A program made the position numbers and the translations under genes. The notes beneath the pieces were generated by a model that had not been told where the DNA came from, did not search any database, and worked only from the letters and a program-made list of their open reading frames with translations. Shown here piece after piece: positions 38,500-49,757 of a stretch of DNA of 64,000 nt (the stretch's first letter is position 1; the number at the start of each line of letters is the position of its first letter). The stretch comes from Vicinamibacteria bacterium (GTDB lineage: Bacteria; Acidobacteriota; Vicinamibacteria; Marinacidobacterales; Marinacidobacteraceae): positions 1,408,001 through 1,472,000 of the forward strand of contig CAXXLQ010000004.1 in the NCBI GenBank assembly GCA_963668695.2. Reading direction: 5' to 3'.

Positions 38500-38542
38500 G
38501 GAGCGCCGGTCTTCGGACCGGCATCGCCGCCGAAGGCGGCGA
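38500..38542. repeat. REP-like double hairpin
   Basis: GGAGCGCCGGTC-TTCG-GACCGGC + TCGCCGCC-GAA-GGCGGCGA; a related copy lies at about 53474. Confidence 0.65.
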
Positions 38543-38635
38543 AACTCCCACGGCTGATCACCCTGACGGTGCGCATCCCGGTGCACCAAGCGGGGCCCAA
38601 CCCCGGGAGCACCCACTCGCGCGGAGGCAGCGGGG

Positions 38636-40642
38636 ATGAGTCGGTCGGCCGATTTTCTCGGTCCCCGCGGGGCACTCTCCGAATCGCTCCCCGGCTTCGA
38701 GCACCGCGCCGGCCAGGTGGAGATGGCCGCGCGGGTCGAAGAGGCGTTGAACGGCGACGGCGCGCTGATGATCGAGGCGGGAACCGGTATCGGCAAATCG
38801 TTCGCTTACCTCATCCCGGCTCTGCTGTGCGGGGAGCGGGTCGTGATTTCCACCGCAACCAAGAACCTTCAGGATCAGCTCTTCGAGAAGGATTTGCCCC
38901 AACTGCAGCGCATTCTGGGAAGCCGGGTTCCCGTGGCCCGCATGAAGGGACGCGAAAACTACCTGTGCCGGCTGGAATGGCAGAAATTCCAGACGGAGCC
39001 GGATCTGAAACTCGACTCCCGGCCAAAAGCGGATCTCAGGCGGATCGCTGCCTGGGCGGAAAAAACCAGGACGGGAGACCGCGATGAGATCCGCGGACTC
39101 CAGGGGCCGATCGATTTCTGGCGTGGAATCTCCACCGTTTCCGAGAACTGCATTGGTCGCCGCTGCCCTCATTACGAGGAGTGCCACCTGACGACCCTGC
39201 GGAAACAGGCTCACGCCAGTCAGATCCTGATCGTGAACCATCACCTGCTCATTGCGGATCTGATCGTGCGCCAGACCGATTTCGGCGAGGTGCTGCCCGA
39301 ATACGACCACCTGATAGTGGACGAAGCCCACCGGCTCGAAGATGCCGCCACGCACGGTTTTTCGAGCACGCTCGCTTCAACGGCGGCCGACCGGCTTGCC
39401 GCCGATCTCACCCGTTTCCTCAGGAGGGCGGCCCCCAGCCTCGCATCCCCCCCGGCTCTCAGGAAGCTCAAGCGTTCTTACCGCGAACTCTTCGAAATAC
39501 TCGCTCCCGAACACGATGACCGGCCGCGCCTGTTCGATCCGGACACCCTTCCGGCTGAGGCGAAGGATCACGAAGAGTCGGCGTCTTTACAACTCGGGGA
39601 ACTCGAGAGCCATCTTCAGAAGGTCCGGGAGGCTTTCAGAGAGAACCCACCGCCCGATGGAAGCGACGGCGAGACCGGCGCCGATCGGTTCCTGAAGCGC
39701 GTCACCGAGTTCCGTTCCGAGTTGGGGGCGCTGCTCGCGCCGCGCTCCGACTACGTCCACTGGAGCGTTTTCCGTGGAGACGGCGAGCGTTGGGAGAGCG
39801 GGAAGGGAAGGTCCGCGAACCGGGGCGGGCGTACCTGCTTCGCGAGTGCGGCCCCGGTGCATCCCGGCGGCGAACTGCGACAGGGGTTGTTCCGCCCCCT
39901 GAAATCCTGCGTCCTGACTTCCGCGACGCTGGCGCTCGACGGTGGCTTCGACTATGCCGCCGATGCCCTCGGCGTGACGAAGACGGCGGGGAGCGTCGTT
40001 CCTTCACCCTTCCGGTTTGAGGATCAGGCGCGGCTCTACGTCCCGCGCGATCTGGTGGATCCCCGCCATCCGGGGTTTCAGGATGCCGCTGCCGAGCGGA
40101 TTCTCCATTTGATAGGCGCCAGTCGGGGTCGGGCCCTCATCCTGTTCACGAGTTGGGGCAACCTCGAGCGGGTCGGCCGAGTGCTCAGCGGAGCCTGTCC
40201 CTTCCCCGTGTTGCGGCAACAGCGGGGCGGCGGACACGCTGGCTTGGTGGACACCTTCCGGAAGACACCGAATGCGGTGCTGCTGGGGGTACGCTCGCTT
40301 TGGGAGGGGGTGGATATCCCGGGAGAAGCACTCACCCTGCTCGTGATCGACAAGTTGCCATTCCCCGTTCCGTCGGATCCGCTGCAAAAGGCGCGCGCCG
40401 ACCGGGCCGAAGCGGCCACCGGCGACGGATTCACCAATTATTCGGTGCCACAGGCGGCGCTCACCCTGAAGCAGGGGCTCGGCCGGCTCATCCGGACGCA
40501 ACAGGATGTTGGGCTCGCCGCCGTGCTGGACTCCCGCCTGCTGCGCATGGGCTACGGTCGCCGCCTGCTGCGGAGCCTGCCCCCCTTCCCGTTAACGACG
40601 AGTCTCGAAGAAGCGACCGCTTTCCTGGAGTCCCTGCCGTGA
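38636..40642 (+). CDS. DinG/YoaA-family ATP-dependent DNA helicase
   Basis: [17 protein letters not shown], Fe-S cysteines, [23 protein letters not shown]. Confidence 0.95.
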   Translation: MSRSADFLGPRGALSESLPGFEHRAGQVEMAARVEEALNGDGALMIEAGTGIGKSFAYLIPALLCGERVVISTATKNLQDQLFEKDLPQLQRILGSRVPVARMKGRENYLCRLEWQKFQTEPDLKLDSRPKADLRRIAAWAEKTRTGDRDEIRGLQGPIDFWRGISTVSENCIGRRCPHYEECHLTTLRKQAHASQILIVNHHLLIADLIVRQTDFGEVLPEYDHLIVDEAHRLEDAATHGFSSTLASTAADRLAADLTRFLRRAAPSLASPPALRKLKRSYRELFEILAPEHDDRPRLFDPDTLPAEAKDHEESASLQLGELESHLQKVREAFRENPPPDGSDGETGADRFLKRVTEFRSELGALLAPRSDYVHWSVFRGDGERWESGKGRSANRGGRTCFASAAPVHPGGELRQGLFRPLKSCVLTSATLALDGGFDYAADALGVTKTAGSVVPSPFRFEDQARLYVPRDLVDPRHPGFQDAAAERILHLIGASRGRALILFTSWGNLERVGRVLSGACPFPVLRQQRGGGHAGLVDTFRKTPNAVLLGVRSLWEGVDIPGEALTLLVIDKLPFPVPSDPLQKARADRAEAATGDGFTNYSVPQAALTLKQGLGRLIRTQQDVGLAAVLDSRLLRMGYGRRLLRSLPPFPLTTSLEEATAFLESLP

Positions 40643-41349
40643 ATCTTCCCCCGCTCGCCGAGCGCATTGCCGCGGTGCGCGACCGGATGTCCGAGAGTTG
40701 CCGCCGGGCCGGTCGGGATCCGGCGGGTGTCCGACTGGTAGCCGTCTCGAAGACGCGGCCGGCTTCGGACATCGAAGCGGCGGCTGCACTCGGAATTGCC
40801 GACTTTGGAGAGAATCGGATTCAGGAGGCGGCCTCCAAACTGCCGACCCTCCAGGTTTCGATTACCCCACACCTGATCGGGCATCTCCAGCGCAACAAGG
40901 CGCGGCAGGCGGCGGGACTGTTTCCCGTAATCCAGTCCGTGGACAGCGTCTCCCTGGCCACCCGGTTGAGCGGAATGGTGGCCCAGGGGGTCGTGCCGCC
41001 TGGAGGCCCCCCGATTCGTGTTCTGGCTCAGGTGGATCTCGCCAAGGAGTCCACCAAATCCGGAATCCCGGAGCCGGACCTGCCTCGCTCTCTGGAGGCG
41101 CTGTCCGGATTGGCGGGACTTCGGCTCGCCGGGCTCATGTTGATTCCCCCGTACGATCCCGACCCGGATGCCGCTCGCCCGTGGTTTGTCCGCCTTCGGG
41201 AACTCGGGCGGCGGTTTGCGGAGGCGGGGCTGTTACCTCGCGACCCCGAGCTTTCGATGGGTATGAGTCACGACTACGAGGCGGCAATCGCCGAGGGCGC
41301 CACCACGATCCGCGTCGGGACAGCGATCTTCGGCCCCCGGAACACCTGA
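40639..41349 (+). CDS. yggS: PLP homeostasis protein YggS
   Basis: [42 protein letters not shown]. Confidence 0.95.
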   Translation: MNLPPLAERIAAVRDRMSESCRRAGRDPAGVRLVAVSKTRPASDIEAAAALGIADFGENRIQEAASKLPTLQVSITPHLIGHLQRNKARQAAGLFPVIQSVDSVSLATRLSGMVAQGVVPPGGPPIRVLAQVDLAKESTKSGIPEPDLPRSLEALSGLAGLRLAGLMLIPPYDPDPDAARPWFVRLRELGRRFAEAGLLPRDPELSMGMSHDYEAAIAEGATTIRVGTAIFGPRNT

Positions 41350-41378
41350 ATCGCGGGCGCCGCCTACCGGCGGGTTCA

Positions 41379-41719
41379 ACAGCCTGTGGTGAAACCCACG
41401 CGGCCCAGTTCTCCCGGTGGGGGCTCGGCCAGCGATCCATCCCGGCCAAACAACCGGTAGCGAAACCCACGCGGCGTTTGGCCGGCGATCCATCCCGGCC
41501 AAACAGCCTGTGATGAAACCCACGCGGCGTTCGGCCGGCGATCCATCCCGGCTGAACCGCGTCGCTGCGCGCCGCTCATCGTTGCGTTTCGGTCGAAATA
41601 CGCTCGGGCCAGTTCTCCCGGTGGGGGCTCCTCCCTCACGCGCCTTGTCAGCCGGACCCCCACCGGGAGAACTGGGCCTCGCCGGCCTCGGCGCTCACGC
41701 GGGTTCCACCACAGGCTGT
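41379..41719. mobile_element. MITE family A with three tandem left arms
   Basis: Left arm repeated three times, joined at CCCGGCCAAA; three 19-nt modules; lies between convergent yggS and lepB. Confidence 0.85.
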
Positions 41720-41730
41720 TAACAGCCCGC

Positions 41731-42390
41731 CTACCGGACCGGGGTGAAGAAACGGTCCCAGCGGGTCCGGGAGAAGAACCTCACCGGCAGCAGGAGCAGA
41801 TCCACAAACCGCTGGGAGAGTCTGGTCTCGAGGTATTCCTCGCGCGGCGCCCCGTAGGACCAGTAGATGAAGAGACCCTTGCCCTTGACGTTCTCGGCGG
41901 GGAGTGCGCCCCAGTAGCGGCTGTCGTGGCTGTTGTCCCGATTGTCTCCCATCATGAAATAGTGCCCTTCCGGGACTCGGTACTCGCGCATTGCCGGCTG
42001 GCCGCCGTGAACGAACCTCGTGTAGTCCTCGGGCAGGGGATCCCCGTCGACGAGAACTTGCCGCCTTCCGATCTGGAGTGTCTCGCCCGGGAGTCCCACG
42101 ACCCGCTTGATGAAATCCCGATCCGGTTCCTCGGGGAACTTGAACACGACCACATCGCCCCGTTCTATGTCGCGCGACGGCAGCAGTCTGGTGCCGCCGT
42201 CGTGGTACAGCATCTTGTTGACCATCAGGTGATCGCCGATCAGCAGGTTGTCCTGCATGGAGCCGGTTGGGATCTTGAACGCCTGGAAAACGAACGTGCG
42301 GACAAACAGCGCGAGGATCACCGCGGCGCAGATCGACTCGAAGTACTCGCGGGTTGACGAACGCTGGCGGGCGGCAGCAGGATCGGACAT
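41731..42390 (-). CDS. lepB: Signal peptidase I
   Basis: IPTGSM, FIKRVVGLPG, GDNRDNSHDSRYWG. Confidence 0.96.
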   Translation of the reverse strand: MSDPAAARQRSSTREYFESICAAVILALFVRTFVFQAFKIPTGSMQDNLLIGDHLMVNKMLYHDGGTRLLPSRDIERGDVVVFKFPEEPDRDFIKRVVGLPGETLQIGRRQVLVDGDPLPEDYTRFVHGGQPAMREYRVPEGHYFMMGDNRDNSHDSRYWGALPAENVKGKGLFIYWSYGAPREEYLETRLSQRFVDLLLLPVRFFSRTRWDRFFTPVR

Positions 42391-42400
42391 GACTGCCTGG

Positions 42401-43615
42401 TCAGCTTCCGTCCGGGCAGCCTGTGGGCGAGGTGGCGTGAGCGCCGAGAGCGGTGAGGCCCAGTTCTCCCGGTGGGGGTCCGGCTGACGAGGCGCGCGAG
42501 GGAGGAGCCCCCACCGGGAGAACTGGCCCGGGTGTATTTCGACCGAAGCGCAACGCTGAGCGACGCGAAGCGGCGCGGCTCAGCCGGGATGAATCGCCGC
42601 TCGAGCCCCCACCGGGAGAACTGGGCCGCGCGACTTCGTCCATAGGCTGCCACGACGGAGTCGTCGTCTCTTCCGGGGAACCGACCACCGTGGTAACCGT
42701 CTCGGGGTCGAAGGAAACGAGGCCGATCGCAGCGTCCGGAGCCTCCGGGAAGAGCAACTGGGGAACGATTTCGTAGATGCCGGCCTCTAGCCCCGCGCAG
42801 GAAACTACGGCGAAGAGATTGGATTCGTTCACCTGGCCCAACATGCTCTCGGGGATGCGCACGGTGGCGGCGATTTCACTGATGCTCGGTTGGCAGGCCG
42901 GCTCTTCGGTTACGCCCGGCGCGAGCCAGACGGCAAGGCGCAAATCACGCGGCTCCCTCGCTTCGCCGATGACGAGGCGAACGTCCACGCGCCGGACGCT
43001 GGGCCGAAGGGCGGGGTCGAGTTCGATCTGCAGCCGCTGCCCGTAGGTCTCCCGAAGCCCCTGGGCGGATATCGGCTCGGTCGTGATCTGCGCCGTGTCG
43101 AGGAGCAGCGATTCCGGCCCTTCCACGGCGAGTTCAAGCGGGTCGATTTCGACGCTATGGATCTCGAAACCGGTCGCGGGCTGACCGAGTACGCGCGGAC
43201 TCACCCGCACGGTACTGGTCAAGGTGCGGTCAAGGCGCAAGACGACCTGGGAAGGATCCACGCGCATGACCTGCACGCCTGAAGGGGCTTCGACCGCCTC
43301 CGTTCCGAGAAACCAGGTGCGCTCGCCCGGGGCTTCTCCCGTGAGATCCAGCCGCGCACGGAGTCCCTGGAGGGGTGCGTCGCGCAGTTGGCCGGACGCC
43401 CCGCGAAGTCGCACGTCCACCTCCTGGACCGATTGGTCCACGACCTCGAGTCCGGAAGGGACGTTGACGAGCTCGAGGGGTGTCGAAACGAGAACTTCGG
43501 TGCCCTGCTCGTCCGCGACAAAGAACCAAAGACCGAAGGCGAGCCCGAGCGCCGCGATTCCCCGCAACATTTCGACCGCACGAAAGGGTCCGGGTCCGGT
43601 AACGGACTTGCTCAT
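42401..43615 (-). CDS. cdaR: CdaR/YbbR-family regulator, C-terminal about 80 aa derived from a MITE
   Basis: TM followed by YbbR domains; ATAG-type overlap with the cdaA stop region. Confidence 0.82.
   Translation of the reverse strand: MSKSVTGPGPFRAVEMLRGIAALGLAFGLWFFVADEQGTEVLVSTPLELVNVPSGLEVVDQSVQEVDVRLRGASGQLRDAPLQGLRARLDLTGEAPGERTWFLGTEAVEAPSGVQVMRVDPSQVVLRLDRTLTSTVRVSPRVLGQPATGFEIHSVEIDPLELAVEGPESLLLDTAQITTEPISAQGLRETYGQRLQIELDPALRPSVRRVDVRLVIGEAREPRDLRLAVWLAPGVTEEPACQPSISEIAATVRIPESMLGQVNESNLFAVVSCAGLEAGIYEIVPQLLFPEAPDAAIGLVSFDPETVTTVVGSPEETTTPSWQPMDEVARPSSPGGGSSGDSSRLSRAASRRSALRFGRNTPGPVLPVGAPPSRASSAGPPPGELGLTALGAHATSPTGCPDGS
42416..42650. mobile_element. MITE family A (variant ends) within the cdaR 3' end
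   Basis: GCAGCCTGTGG..CCATAGGCTGC; three 19-nt modules. Confidence 0.85.
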
Positions 43616-44463
43616 CGGACTATTTCCGGACTCGAAAGGCGCTGGGCGGGCGCGGGTGGGGAGGCGCCCCCCGACGAGGCCGGACGCGACCTCGTCAGCT
43701 CCGCCTCCAGATCGGCGCGATCGGCAACGGGAACGATCCGGCCGCTGGACACCACGCTTGCCTGTCCGGTCTCCTCGGACACAACGAGCACCGTGGCGTC
43801 CGCCTCTTCGGTGAGGCCGAGGGCGGCGCGGTGGCGGGTGCCGCCCACGCTTTCTTCGGCGTCGTGCCGCGAAAGGGGCAGGACGCAGCGGGCTGCGACG
43901 ATCCGGCCGCCACTCACGATGGCGGCCCCGTCGTGAAGCGGGGAGGTGGGCTGAAAGAGCGAGACGAGCAATTCCGAACTGAGCTTCGCATCAAGCGGCA
44001 TGCCGGAATCGGCGTAGCTCTTGAGGCCGATATTTCCCTGCCAAACGACGATGGCCCCGACCCGATGACGAGACAGTTCGGTGGCTGCTTCGACCAGTGT
44101 TGCGATGGTTGCGCGCTGTGGGTCCAGGTCCCGGCGCCGCCCACGCAGGAAACCGCCGCCACCGACCTGGGCCAGACCGGTTCTGATTTCTGCCTGGTAG
44201 AGGACGATGATCGCGATTCCCAGGTAGGGGAGTGTGTTGCGCACGATCCATTGGACGGTGGTGAGCCCGAGCTGGTTCGACCCGGTGAGTAGCAGCAGGC
44301 CGCCAACAATCACGGTGCCGAAGGCCATCTGAGAAGCGCGCCGGCCCTCGATGAGCTTCAGTAACACGTAGATTGCGCCGGCCACCAGGACGATGTCCAG
44401 GACATCGGTCCAGGACATGCGCGCCGCGAGCGTCTCGGCCAGGTCGAGGATCGTCTCGGTCAA
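43612..44463 (-). CDS. cdaA: Diadenylate cyclase CdaA
   Basis: Three TMs; LHDGA and GTRHRAA catalytic motifs; VSEETG. Confidence 0.95.
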   Translation of the reverse strand: MTETILDLAETLAARMSWTDVLDIVLVAGAIYVLLKLIEGRRASQMAFGTVIVGGLLLLTGSNQLGLTTVQWIVRNTLPYLGIAIIVLYQAEIRTGLAQVGGGGFLRGRRRDLDPQRATIATLVEAATELSRHRVGAIVVWQGNIGLKSYADSGMPLDAKLSSELLVSLFQPTSPLHDGAAIVSGGRIVAARCVLPLSRHDAEESVGGTRHRAALGLTEEADATVLVVSEETGQASVVSSGRIVPVADRADLEAELTRSRPASSGGASPPAPAQRLSSPEIVR

Positions 44464-44498
44464 TCTGGGGAACTACCGGCGCCAGGAGCCCGCCGTTA

Positions 44499-44751
44499 GC
44501 AGCCGGTGGTGGAATCCGGGTGAGCGCCGAGGCCGGTGAGGCCCAGTTCTCCCGGTGGGGCCAGTTCTCCCGGTGGGGGCCCGGCTGACAAGGCGCGTGA
44601 GGGAGGAGCCCCCACCGGGAGAACTGGCCCGGGTGTATTCCGACCGAAACGCAACGATGAGCGGCGCGCAGCGACGCGGTTCAGCCGGGATGGATCGCCG
44701 GCCGAGCCCCCACCGGGAGAACTGGGCCGCGCGGGTTTCACCACAGGCTGT
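44499..44751. mobile_element. MITE family A, four 19-nt modules (one tandem pair)
   Basis: TA flanks on both sides. Confidence 0.85.
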
Positions 44752-44757
44752 TAGCAC

Positions 44758-46680
44758 CTAGGTTGCGCCGCCGGGTTCAGGCACCAGCGGAGGAGTGATG
44801 GCAACCCGTCCGGGTACTGTCTTCGGGGCGGGACTCGGGGACTCCACGTCGGGCGCCGCCGGAGCGGGCGCGGGTTCGGGAAGGGTTTTTCCTTCGAGGA
44901 CGAGCTGGACTTCCGTGGAATTCAACACTTCGCGCTCAAGGAGCGCCTCGGCCACCGCCGCCAGCCGGTCGCGGTTTTTCTCGAGAAGTTCCTTCGCGCG
45001 GTGGTAGGCGTCGTCCACGATGCGGTGCACTTCCGCATCGATCGCCTTGGCCGTGCTCTCGCTGTAGTCCTTTCGGGCTGCAAGGTCGCGACCCAGGAAC
45101 ACTTCGTGGCCCGTTCGGTCAAACGAAACTGGTCCGAGGACTTCGCTCATGCCCCACTCGCAGACCATGCGTCGCGCCAGGTCGGTTGCCTTCTGGATAT
45201 CGTCAGACGCTCCGGTCGTGACCTGGCCCAGGAAGATCTCCTCGGCCAGTCGGCCACCCATCTTCACCGCGATCATTGCCTCGACGTAATCCCGGTCGTG
45301 GGTGCGCCGATCACCCTCGGGCAGCAGCATCGTGACTCCCATCGCCATCCCGCGCGGAATGATGCTCACCTTGTGCACGGGGTCGGCTTTTTCGAGCAGC
45401 GCCGCCACTACCGCGTGTCCGGCCTCGTGATACGCAGTGGTGCGCTTTTCGTCCGGAGTCATGATGACCGACCGGCGTTCCGCTCCCATGAGGACCTTGT
45501 CCTTCGCCTGCTCAAAATCCTCCATGCGCACGTTTTTCTGGGAATGGCGCGCGGCGCTCAGGGCTGCCTCGTTCACCAGGTTGGCGAGGTCCGCTCCGGA
45601 GAAACCGGGAGTGCCGCGGGCGATGATGCTGAGGTCAACATCGGATGCGAAGGGAACGCGGGCGCTGTGGACTTTGAGAATTCCCTCGCGACCCCTGACG
45701 TCGGGGAGGGACACCACGATCCGTCGATCGAATCGCCCCGGGCGCAGCAGCGCCGGATCGAGAACGTCCGGCCGGTTCGTGGAAGCGATCAGGATGACGC
45801 CCTCGTTGGACGCGAAGCCGTCCATCTCGACCAGCAACTGGTTCAGAGTCTGCTCGCGCTCGTCGTGTCCACCACCGAGACCCGCCCCCCGCTGGCGCCC
45901 GACGGCGTCGATCTCGTCGATGAAAACGATGCAGGGGGCGTTCTTCTTGCCCTGTTCGAACAGGTCGCGAACCCGACTCGCCCCAACTCCCACGAACATC
46001 TCGACGAAATCCGAGCCGCTGATCGTGAAGAAGGGGACACTGGCCTCCCCGGAGATGGCGCGGGCCAGGAGTGTCTTCCCGGTCCCGGGAGGCCCCATGA
46101 GCAGTACACCCTTGGGAATCCGCCCACCGAGTCGCTGGAATTTCTGAGGTTCCTTCAGGAAATCGATGATCTCCTGCAGCTCTTCTTTCGGCTCGTCGAC
46201 GCCGGCCACATCCTTGAAGGTGACCTTCTTCTGCTGGTTGGAAGTCAGCTTGGCGCGACTGCGCCCGAACGACATGGCGCGGTTTCCCGGCGCCTGCATC
46301 TGGCGGATGAGGAAGAAGAACAGGCCGACGATAAGCAGGATCGGCAGCCAACTCAGCAGCGTCACGATCCATGGGGTGCGGCTGCCGTCATCGGCCTCCA
46401 CATTGATTCCGCGTTCCAGCAGGGTAGAGACCAGGCCCTCCATTTCGGGCGCGAAGGTCCGAAACGATTTGCCGTCGACGCCGGTTCCGGTGATCTCGCT
46501 CCCGGCGCCGGTGCCGCTGATCCGAACATCGGCGATCTTGTCCTCCTCCACCCGCTGCATGAACTGGGTGAAGGAGAGTTCGTTCTCCTGCTCGGAGATA
46601 CGGCTCGAGACGTTCCAGAACAGGATCAGAACGAGCGAGGCCGTCAGCCAGAACATGAGGTTCTTCATCGTCGAACTCAT
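44758..46680 (-). CDS. ftsH: ATP-dependent zinc metalloprotease FtsH
   Basis: [17 protein letters not shown] ([11 protein letters not shown]), HEAGH. Confidence 0.98.
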   Translation of the reverse strand: MSSTMKNLMFWLTASLVLILFWNVSSRISEQENELSFTQFMQRVEEDKIADVRISGTGAGSEITGTGVDGKSFRTFAPEMEGLVSTLLERGINVEADDGSRTPWIVTLLSWLPILLIVGLFFFLIRQMQAPGNRAMSFGRSRAKLTSNQQKKVTFKDVAGVDEPKEELQEIIDFLKEPQKFQRLGGRIPKGVLLMGPPGTGKTLLARAISGEASVPFFTISGSDFVEMFVGVGASRVRDLFEQGKKNAPCIVFIDEIDAVGRQRGAGLGGGHDEREQTLNQLLVEMDGFASNEGVILIASTNRPDVLDPALLRPGRFDRRIVVSLPDVRGREGILKVHSARVPFASDVDLSIIARGTPGFSGADLANLVNEAALSAARHSQKNVRMEDFEQAKDKVLMGAERRSVIMTPDEKRTTAYHEAGHAVVAALLEKADPVHKVSIIPRGMAMGVTMLLPEGDRRTHDRDYVEAMIAVKMGGRLAEEIFLGQVTTGASDDIQKATDLARRMVCEWGMSEVLGPVSFDRTGHEVFLGRDLAARKDYSESTAKAIDAEVHRIVDDAYHRAKELLEKNRDRLAAVAEALLEREVLNSTEVQLVLEGKTLPEPAPAPAAPDVESPSPAPKTVPGRVAITPPLVPEPGGAT

Positions 46681-46704
46681 CCCGATCTCAGCGCCCCGGC
46701 ATTA

Positions 46705-46885
46705 ACAGCCTGTGGTGAAACCCACGTGAGCGCCGAGACGGGCGAGGCGCCCGGCTGACAAGGCGCGCGAGGGAGGAATACCGGGTGTATTTCGACCGAA
46801 ACGCAACGGGGAGCCCCGCGAAGCGGGGCGGTTCAGCCGGGATGCATCGCCGCTCGAACGCCGCCTGGGTTTCACCACCGGCTGT
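46705..46885. mobile_element. MITE family A, empty form
   Basis: ACAGCCTGTGG..CCACCGGCTGT, no 19-nt module. Confidence 0.85.
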
Positions 46886-47006
46886 TTGTTCTGGTCTGTC
46901 ATACGAAGGAAGTCCGGGCAAATTATAGGTTGCGCCCGGCCCCGGACCGGTACCGTGCCCCAGACGCGGATCGCGATCCGCGGCCACGCCGTCAAATCGG
47001 CGTGGC

Positions 47007-48137
47007 TCAAGCTGCTTCGGGGCCACTCGTGCTCGTGGTTTCGGCCGGGGAAACGGTCAACACCCGGTGTTTCAAACGCACGACCACCCCCGGCAGATCC
47101 AGCGAGGATCCTCCGCGCCCGGCGCGGACCAGGCGCAGCACCGCTTCGATGTGGACGGCGCCGATGCGGCGCAGGTTCCCCCGGGCGATCCGAAGTCCTT
47201 CGCGAACGAGGCGGCGCGCCAGCGCCGGATGGGCTGCCGCAAGTTCGGCGATCGGAAACCGCACCTCGGCGGATCTCCCGCGCCTCACGACGTCGGCGAC
47301 GTCGGTGAAACGGCGGGAGGTGATTTCGCTCAGCCATTCTTCGTCCTCCCTGAGGAGCGAGGCCGTCCGGCCCAGCGCGGCTTCCACCTGTGGGTTCACG
47401 GAGTCCTTGAGGACTGGGAGGACCTGGTGCCGGATTCGGTTCCTCGCGAATTCGTCAAACTCGTTCGATGGATCGGTATAGAACGGCCAACCTTCCTCCC
47501 GCACGACCTTGGCGATCATCGTCCGGGAGACCGAAAGCAGCGGCCGGACGATCGCGAGGCCTCTTTCGTCCCCGCGGATGGGCGCCATGGCGCCGAGTCC
47601 CAGAGTCCCGGCGCCCCGCACCAGTTGCAGCAGTACGGTTTCGGCCTGGTCGGTAAGCGTGTGCCCGAGGAGGACCGCGCATACCTCCCGTTCCCGGCCG
47701 ATTTCAGCGAAGAAGTCAAGCCTTTCGAGCCTGCCGGCTTCTTCGAGTGAGCGGCCCTCCCGTTTTGCGCGGGCGCCGACATCCCGCCGGGCGCTGCAGA
47801 AGTCCATCCCGAGCGAGGCCGCCACGGTTCTTGCGAACTCGGCCTGTTCCGCGGAGTCCGGCCGCAGCGAGTGGTCGAGGTGTGCCACAACAAGCTGCGG
47901 TCCGCCGGTTCTACCGCAGAGGCCGCCAGGCGCCCCGAGCAGATGGAGGAGTGCCGTTGAGTCCACACCTCCGGAAAACCCAACGAGGACGGACCGGTTC
48001 CCGGCGTCGTCCGGAAACCAATCCAGAGCGGCGTCGAGCGCATCCCGGAGGGACCGCAGAACACGGTCGCGCGACCCTCGCGCCCCCGAAGGGGACTTCC
48101 CGGCGACCCCGGGATCAGGATTCGCTGGAGCCTCCAT
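47007..48137 (-). CDS. tilS: tRNA(Ile)-lysidine synthase
   Basis: SGGVDS PP-loop, HLDHSLR, GHTLTDQAET, DPSN, RNRIRH. Confidence 0.93.
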   Translation of the reverse strand: MEAPANPDPGVAGKSPSGARGSRDRVLRSLRDALDAALDWFPDDAGNRSVLVGFSGGVDSTALLHLLGAPGGLCGRTGGPQLVVAHLDHSLRPDSAEQAEFARTVAASLGMDFCSARRDVGARAKREGRSLEEAGRLERLDFFAEIGREREVCAVLLGHTLTDQAETVLLQLVRGAGTLGLGAMAPIRGDERGLAIVRPLLSVSRTMIAKVVREEGWPFYTDPSNEFDEFARNRIRHQVLPVLKDSVNPQVEAALGRTASLLREDEEWLSEITSRRFTDVADVVRRGRSAEVRFPIAELAAAHPALARRLVREGLRIARGNLRRIGAVHIEAVLRLVRAGRGGSSLDLPGVVVRLKHRVLTVSPAETTSTSGPEAA

Positions 48138-49443
48138 CCTTTTTCTCTTTTGGCTCCTGCGGCTCTGGAGGAAGCGGTTCGATGCGCAGGCGGGTAATCC
48201 GGTGGCGCTCCACGGCCATTACCCGGAGTGCGGCCCCGGGGATCGGGACGGTCTCCCCCTCCTTCGGAATCCGGCCGGTGTGCGCGAGAACGAATCCCGC
48301 CACCGTGTCGTAGTCGTCCCCCTGCGGGATCTCGATCCTTTCGTGCAAGCCGTCCGGACCAGCTCCATGACCAGCTCCATGCTGGGCGAGCTCGGCGTTG
48401 GCCTCGGAAACGGTCAGGGTGCCGTCGAACACGAAGCTGCCTCCCGGGCCCGGCGCGTTCTCTCCGGGCCACGGGCCACGGATGGCTTCAAGGAGTGAGC
48501 TCGAAGTAACCAGCCCCTCGACGCCCCCATGTTCATCCACCACGATCAGCATGCGGCAGGATTGTTCGCGCATCTGGACGAGCGCCTGGGCGAGGGTCGC
48601 GGTCCCGGGAGAGAAGCGGGCCGCCGCCAGATGATTCTCCACCCGGAAGTCAGCCCCGGCCTCGAGAGCCGGGAGAACTTCACGAAGATCCATGACGCCC
48701 CGAATATCGTCGAGGGTGTTTCCTACTACCGGAAGCCGGGTGTGCCCATGCTGGCGAAAGAGCCGCATGGTGTCCGAAACGCCCGCATCGGAGGAGACTG
48801 CCACGATGGCCCGCCTGGGTGTCATGACCTCGGTGAGCCGCCGTCCGGTGGCATCGGCAAGTCGCACCAATACCTGCTTTTCCACGACATCGGTGTCCGG
48901 GGGCCCGAAACGAAGGCTCTCTCGCATCTCGGCTGCGCTGATGGTTGCTTCCCGCGCTGGCCGCGAGATGCCGAAGACCCCCAGGAGCTTCGTTACCAGC
49001 CAGGACAGCGCGGCAGCAATGGGGCCGAGAAGCCATAGCAGCCCCTGCACCGGGCGAACCATGCTCAGCGACCACCTCTCGGAGTGGCGGGAGGCGATGC
49101 TCTTCGGCAACATCTCGCCGAAAACGAGGAGTGCGGCTCCGACGAGGAGTGTCGCGAGGGTTGCCGCGCGAGCCCGCTCCTCGTTCGTTTCTGCTCCCGC
49201 GGAAAGAACCACCGTGGCCAGCACTCCTGCGAGCACGTTGGCGAAGACGTTGCCCGTCAGAACCGCTCCCAAAAACCGCTCTGGATGCTCGGCAACCCGA
49301 ATCACGGCGGCTGCCTTCCGGTTTCGCACTGCCATGACGCGCAGTCGGTGCAACCGCACCGCCATGAAGGCGGTTTCCGATCCCGAAAAGAAGGCCGAAA
49401 GGACCAGTACTCCGAGGAGCGCCGCCGCGAGGGCCCAGGTCAC
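48115..49443 (-). CDS. CNNM/hemolysin-family protein (DUF21-CBS-CorC)
   Basis: SAFFSGSETA, GEMLPKS, VMTPR, HTRLPV, VDEHGG, YDTVAG. Confidence 0.93.
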   Translation of the reverse strand: MTWALAAALLGVLVLSAFFSGSETAFMAVRLHRLRVMAVRNRKAAAVIRVAEHPERFLGAVLTGNVFANVLAGVLATVVLSAGAETNEERARAATLATLLVGAALLVFGEMLPKSIASRHSERWSLSMVRPVQGLLWLLGPIAAALSWLVTKLLGVFGISRPAREATISAAEMRESLRFGPPDTDVVEKQVLVRLADATGRRLTEVMTPRRAIVAVSSDAGVSDTMRLFRQHGHTRLPVVGNTLDDIRGVMDLREVLPALEAGADFRVENHLAAARFSPGTATLAQALVQMREQSCRMLIVVDEHGGVEGLVTSSSLLEAIRGPWPGENAPGPGGSFVFDGTLTVSEANAELAQHGAGHGAGPDGLHERIEIPQGDDYDTVAGFVLAHTGRIPKEGETVPIPGAALRVMAVERHRITRLRIEPLPPEPQEPKEKKDGGSSES

Positions 49444-49452
49444 GAGCGGCTA

Positions 49453-49726
49453 GCAGCTTGTGGTGAAACCCACGTGAGCGCCGAGACCGGCGAGGCGCGC
49501 GGCTGACAAGGCGCGTGAGGGAGGAGCCCCCACCGGGAGAACTGGCCCGGGTGTATTCCGACTGAAACGCAACGATGAGCGGCGCGCAGCGACGCGGTGA
49601 ACAGCCTGTGGATGGATCGCCGGCCGAGCCCCCACCGGGAGAACTGGGCCGCGTGGGTTTCATCACCGGTTGTTTGGCCGGGATGGATCGCCGGTCGAAC
49701 GCCGTGTGGGTTTTGCCACAGGCTGC
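49453..49726. mobile_element. MITE family A with a nested mini-copy
   Basis: TA flanks; inner deleted copy at about 49601-49672. Confidence 0.85.
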
Positions 49727-49757
49727 TAGGTCCCGTGATCCTGACAGGCCAGGCTAC

